Below are positions 21,497 through 24,000 of a stretch of 24,000 bases of DNA, piece by piece. Position 1 is the first letter of the stretch. Every line of letters starts with the position of its first letter. The stretch is from Neisseria lactamica. GTDB taxonomy: Bacteria > Pseudomonadota > Gammaproteobacteria > Burkholderiales > Neisseriaceae. The notes under the pieces are model-generated. The model made no database searches. It was not told where the DNA came from and saw nothing but the letters and a program-made list of their open reading frames with translations. Location: NCBI RefSeq assembly GCF_901482445.1, contig NZ_LR590477.1, forward strand, positions 1,063,065 to 1,087,064, given 5' to 3'. The translations under genes and the position numbers were made by a program.

Positions 21497-21526
21497 AATG
21501 CCGTCCGAAGCCATTTCAGACGGCAT
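21497..21526. terminator. imperfect inverted DUS pair hairpin downstream of the MORN-repeat gene
   Basis: ATGCCGTCCGAA (21497-21508, one mismatch to the DUS), GCCAT, then TTTCAGACGGCAT containing a perfect TTCAGACGGCAT at 21515-21526. Confidence 0.6.
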
Positions 21527-21532
21527 CAAGAT

Positions 21533-22270
21533 TCAGGGTTCGATTAAATAACCATCCTTATCCCACTGGGTTTTCCTGACCAACTTGTCATCCTGATAAA
21601 CAGCCTCGCTCTTTTTAGAACCATCTTCATACCACTCCAAAACCACCCCGTTGCGTTTATGGTGGCGGATAGACAGCTCCGAGAGTAATCGGCCGCTTTC
21701 ATCCCAAGTCAGAATCTTGACAGGTTCATCGTTGGCCATAACCATTTCCGTCTTGATACTGCCGTCGGCATACCATTGCTTCCATACGCCGTTTGCCTTA
21801 TTTTGCTTAAACTGGATTTCGCTTTCCTTGCCGCCGTTACGGTAATAACGGTATCCCGTACCCTCACTCAAGCCATTTTTATAAGGCATAACGGCAGATT
21901 TTTTACCGTTCGGATACCAGTTGACCCATTCCCCGTCCGGCTTACCCTTACTGAAGCCCCCCGCCATTTTTTTCTGACCATTAAAATGCCACAAAATCAA
22001 CATACCGTTTTGCAGGGTAGGCACAAAAGATTTGATTTGCGTTGAAGCAACGATATAAGGTTCAGAATATTTCTTCATCGACGGATAATAAAAATCCTGC
22101 GCGTGCGCAATACCCTCCGCCACACTATATTGCCTGATATAAGCCGCAGACGACATCGTCGCCGTCAGTTTCCCGTTCTGATTAAAATAAACAGAATAGG
22201 TCTGTGCCGGCAAAGCGGCCGAAAAACCCAACAGGACAATTGAAAATACAATCCGAGATAATTTTTTCAT
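21533..22270 (-). CDS. secreted MORN-variant repeat protein (YwqK-like repeat family)
   Basis: 245 aa. Signal peptide MKKLSRIVFSIVLLGFSAALPAQT without a lipobox Cys. About five G-x-W-x-x-W/Y-x-x-G-x-K type repeats, such as GKPDGEWVNWYPNGKK, ANGVWKQWYADGSIK and RNGVVLEWYEDGSKK. Confidence 0.75.
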   Translation of the reverse strand: MKKLSRIVFSIVLLGFSAALPAQTYSVYFNQNGKLTATMSSAAYIRQYSVAEGIAHAQDFYYPSMKKYSEPYIVASTQIKSFVPTLQNGMLILWHFNGQKKMAGGFSKGKPDGEWVNWYPNGKKSAVMPYKNGLSEGTGYRYYRNGGKESEIQFKQNKANGVWKQWYADGSIKTEMVMANDEPVKILTWDESGRLLSELSIRHHKRNGVVLEWYEDGSKKSEAVYQDDKLVRKTQWDKDGYLIEP

Positions 22271-22360
22271 TGCAATAGCGATATAAAAACAATTAACTTA
22301 TAAACAATATGGTAAGGATTTCTCTGCCAAGCGTCAAACCCGAGACAAGGTATCGTAAAA

Positions 22361-22395
22361 ATGCCGTCTGAAAACAAATCGTCTTCAGACGGCAT
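22361..22395. terminator. inverted DUS pair hairpin downstream of prmB
   Basis: ATGCCGTCTGAA (22361-22372), an 11-nt loop, TTCAGACGGCAT (22384-22395). Confidence 0.7.
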
Positions 22396-22406
22396 TCTCC
22401 TCCAAC

Positions 22407-23324
22407 TCACTCTTCACCCAATAACTGCTCGCGCGTCAAGAGGAAAACAAAACCGTCGCCCCCGCTGGTTTCCAACCAAGTAAAAGGCAACTCCGGATAC
22501 GCTGCTTCCAATACATCCCTGTTATGCCCGATTTCCACCAGCAATACACCTTTAGGATTCAGAAACTTTGCCGCATTCAGAAGAATCTGCCTGGTGGCAT
22601 CCAATCCGTCCGCCCCGCTGCCCAATGCCAATTCCGGCTCGTGCAAATACTCTTCAGGCAAAGCCTCAACCGACTCTGCATCCACATAAGGAGGATTGGA
22701 AACAATCAAATCATAAGTGCCTGCCAGTCCCTCAAATAAATCGGTATGAATAAGCCGGATGCGTTCTTCCAGACCATAATCTTCAATATTGATCCCTGCA
22801 ACTTCCAAAGCATCCAAGCTCACATCAACCGCATCAATTTGGGCATCAGGATAATGATGCGCCATCTGAATGGCAAGGCAACCGCTTCCAGTACAAAGAT
22901 CCAAAGCATTATGCACCAGCTCATCGTATTCTATCCAAGGTCGAAGTCCGTCACCCAGCAATTCATAAATGAAGGAACGAGGTACGATTACCCGCTCGTC
23001 CACATAGAAATCAAACTCACCCTGCCAGGCCTGCCGCGTCAAATAAGCGGCAGGAATATGTTCGACAGCACGACGCTCAATAATCGCCAACACCTTCTCT
23101 TTTTCAGCTCTCAATAATCTTGCATCAAGATAAGGATCAAGAACATCTAAAGGCAAATTCAGCGTATGCAAAATCAAATAAGCGGCTTCGTCATAAGCAT
23201 TATCACTGCCGTGACCAAAAAACAGCCCCTCTTCATTAAAACGACTGACTGCAAAACGTAGAAAATCGCGTACGGTAACCAACTCCCTCACCGCCCGGGT
23301 AGGCATCCTATCATCCATCTTCAT
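22407..23324 (-). CDS. prmB: 50S ribosomal protein L3 glutamine N5-methyltransferase (HemK-family, PrmB-type)
   Basis: 305 aa. SAM-binding motif DLCTGSGCLAI and catalytic motif SNPPYV. The N-terminal domain resembles PrmB rather than PrmC. The start is not certain among Met1, Met3 and Met7; Met1 has SD AGGTG. Confidence 0.85.
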   Translation of the reverse strand: MKMDDRMPTRAVRELVTVRDFLRFAVSRFNEEGLFFGHGSDNAYDEAAYLILHTLNLPLDVLDPYLDARLLRAEKEKVLAIIERRAVEHIPAAYLTRQAWQGEFDFYVDERVIVPRSFIYELLGDGLRPWIEYDELVHNALDLCTGSGCLAIQMAHHYPDAQIDAVDVSLDALEVAGINIEDYGLEERIRLIHTDLFEGLAGTYDLIVSNPPYVDAESVEALPEEYLHEPELALGSGADGLDATRQILLNAAKFLNPKGVLLVEIGHNRDVLEAAYPELPFTWLETSGGDGFVFLLTREQLLGEE

Positions 23325-23474
23325 ATCGGCACCTATAATGGCAACCGGAATAAGGCCGGTTGCAAACCGCAGGATGTTCTTGGGAAGCAGCCGTTCAACA
23401 GCCCGCCATTAAGGACATCCCGTCCCATAAAAAAAGATACCGCCCACGGACGGCACTTTATCGGCACATACGCC

Positions 23475-23774
23475 CTATTTTTTAGCTGCGGGCGTTGCCG
23501 GTTTGGCGGGGGCCTTGGGCGCGGGCGCGCCGACCGAGGCCTGGTCCCTCAGCTTCGCCAGCACCGCGGGGCCGATACCCTTAACTTTCGTCAAATCGTC
23601 CACAGACTTAAACGCGCCGTTTTGCGCACGGTATTCCGCAATGGCCTTCGCCTTTGCAGGGCCTATCCCCGGCAGCGCCTCCAGCTCCTGCTGCGAGGCG
23701 GTATTGACGTTTACCGCCGCAAAGGAGAAGGCGCAGGAGAACAGCATACAGAACAGCACAAACATCTTCTTCAT
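23475..23774 (-). CDS. comEA: ComEA-type periplasmic DNA-binding competence protein (helix-hairpin-helix)
   Basis: 99 aa. Signal peptide MKKMFVLFCMLFSCAFSFA. Tandem HhH motifs LEALPGIGPAKAKAI and LTKVKGIGPAVLAKL, then a basic Ala/Pro/Lys tail. Confidence 0.9.
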   Translation of the reverse strand: MKKMFVLFCMLFSCAFSFAAVNVNTASQQELEALPGIGPAKAKAIAEYRAQNGAFKSVDDLTKVKGIGPAVLAKLRDQASVGAPAPKAPAKPATPAAKK

Positions 23775-23925
23775 GGTTTTTCCTTTAAATAAAACCGCAT
23801 CCTGCGGACGATAAAACGCGCCATTCTAAAATGAATATCCAAAAGTTTCAAGCCGTTCCTCCGCAAACCCGGCCGGACACCGTACGGACTCCGTCCCGCC
23901 ATCCCCGACATTTTTTCCGGGCAAA

Positions 23926-23952
23926 GCAAAAACCCCCGGATTCCGGGGGTCT
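23926..23952 (-). terminator. rho-independent terminator downstream of the 5S rRNA (end of an rRNA operon)
   Basis: Stem CCCCCGG (23933-23939) pairs with CCGGGGG (23943-23949) around a 3-nt loop. On the minus strand it is followed by TTTTTG. Confidence 0.7.
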
Positions 23953-23960
23953 TCTGAATG

Positions 23961-24000
23961 GGTGTTTGGCAGTGACCTACTTTCGCATGGAAGAACCACA
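23961..24000 (-). rRNA. rrf: 5S ribosomal RNA, 3' portion (truncated by the window edge)
   Basis: The reverse complement reads TGTGGTTCTTCCATGCGAAAGTAGGTCACTGCCAAACACC. This aligns with the conserved 3' end of bacterial 5S rRNA (E. coli ...CCCCATGCGAGAGTAGGGAACTGCCAGGCAT). Confidence 0.85.

Noticed and set aside
23341-23363. 8-bp perfect stem GCAACCGG...CCGGTTGC between comEA and prmB as a terminator.
   Set aside because: No T-run follows on either strand, and it lies just upstream of the prmB start. It may be structural or regulatory, but there is not enough evidence to call a terminator.

Overview
This is a Neisseria chromosomal segment. By eye I counted 20 perfect copies of the DNA uptake sequence GCCGTCTGAA, 17 of them as the 12-mer ATGCCGTCTGAA, plus one degenerate copy and a dRS3/NIME repeat array. 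The best species guess is Neisseria lactamica, because an AT-rich, DUS-free lacY-lacZ cassette sits in an otherwise core, GC-rich gene order. Order, left to right: rimP-nusA-infB (+); a minus-strand module of a DUF2868-type membrane protein and a DUF3482-type GTPase, split by an AT-rich islet with one small ORF; lacY-lacZ (-); an alanine/glycine:cation symporter (-); a YebC-family regulator (+); dsbB (-); two tandem sibling sRNA genes (+) in the dsbB-lrp spacer; lrp (-) divergent from alr (+); a NIME array; an ACT-domain/DUF711 operon (-); a secreted MORN/YwqK-like repeat protein (-); prmB (-); comEA (-); and the terminator and 3' end of a 5S rRNA (-) at the window edge. Most transcription units end in inverted DUS pairs. 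I saw no CRISPR array, tRNA, transposase, integrase or recognisable defence system. The strongest non-ORF signal is the sibling sRNA pair, which belongs to a family I believe is already described. The least understood parts are the split DUF2868/GTPase module, its AT-rich orphan ORF, and the ACT/DUF711 pair. All calls rest on reading the sequence and recalling protein families; no searches were run.
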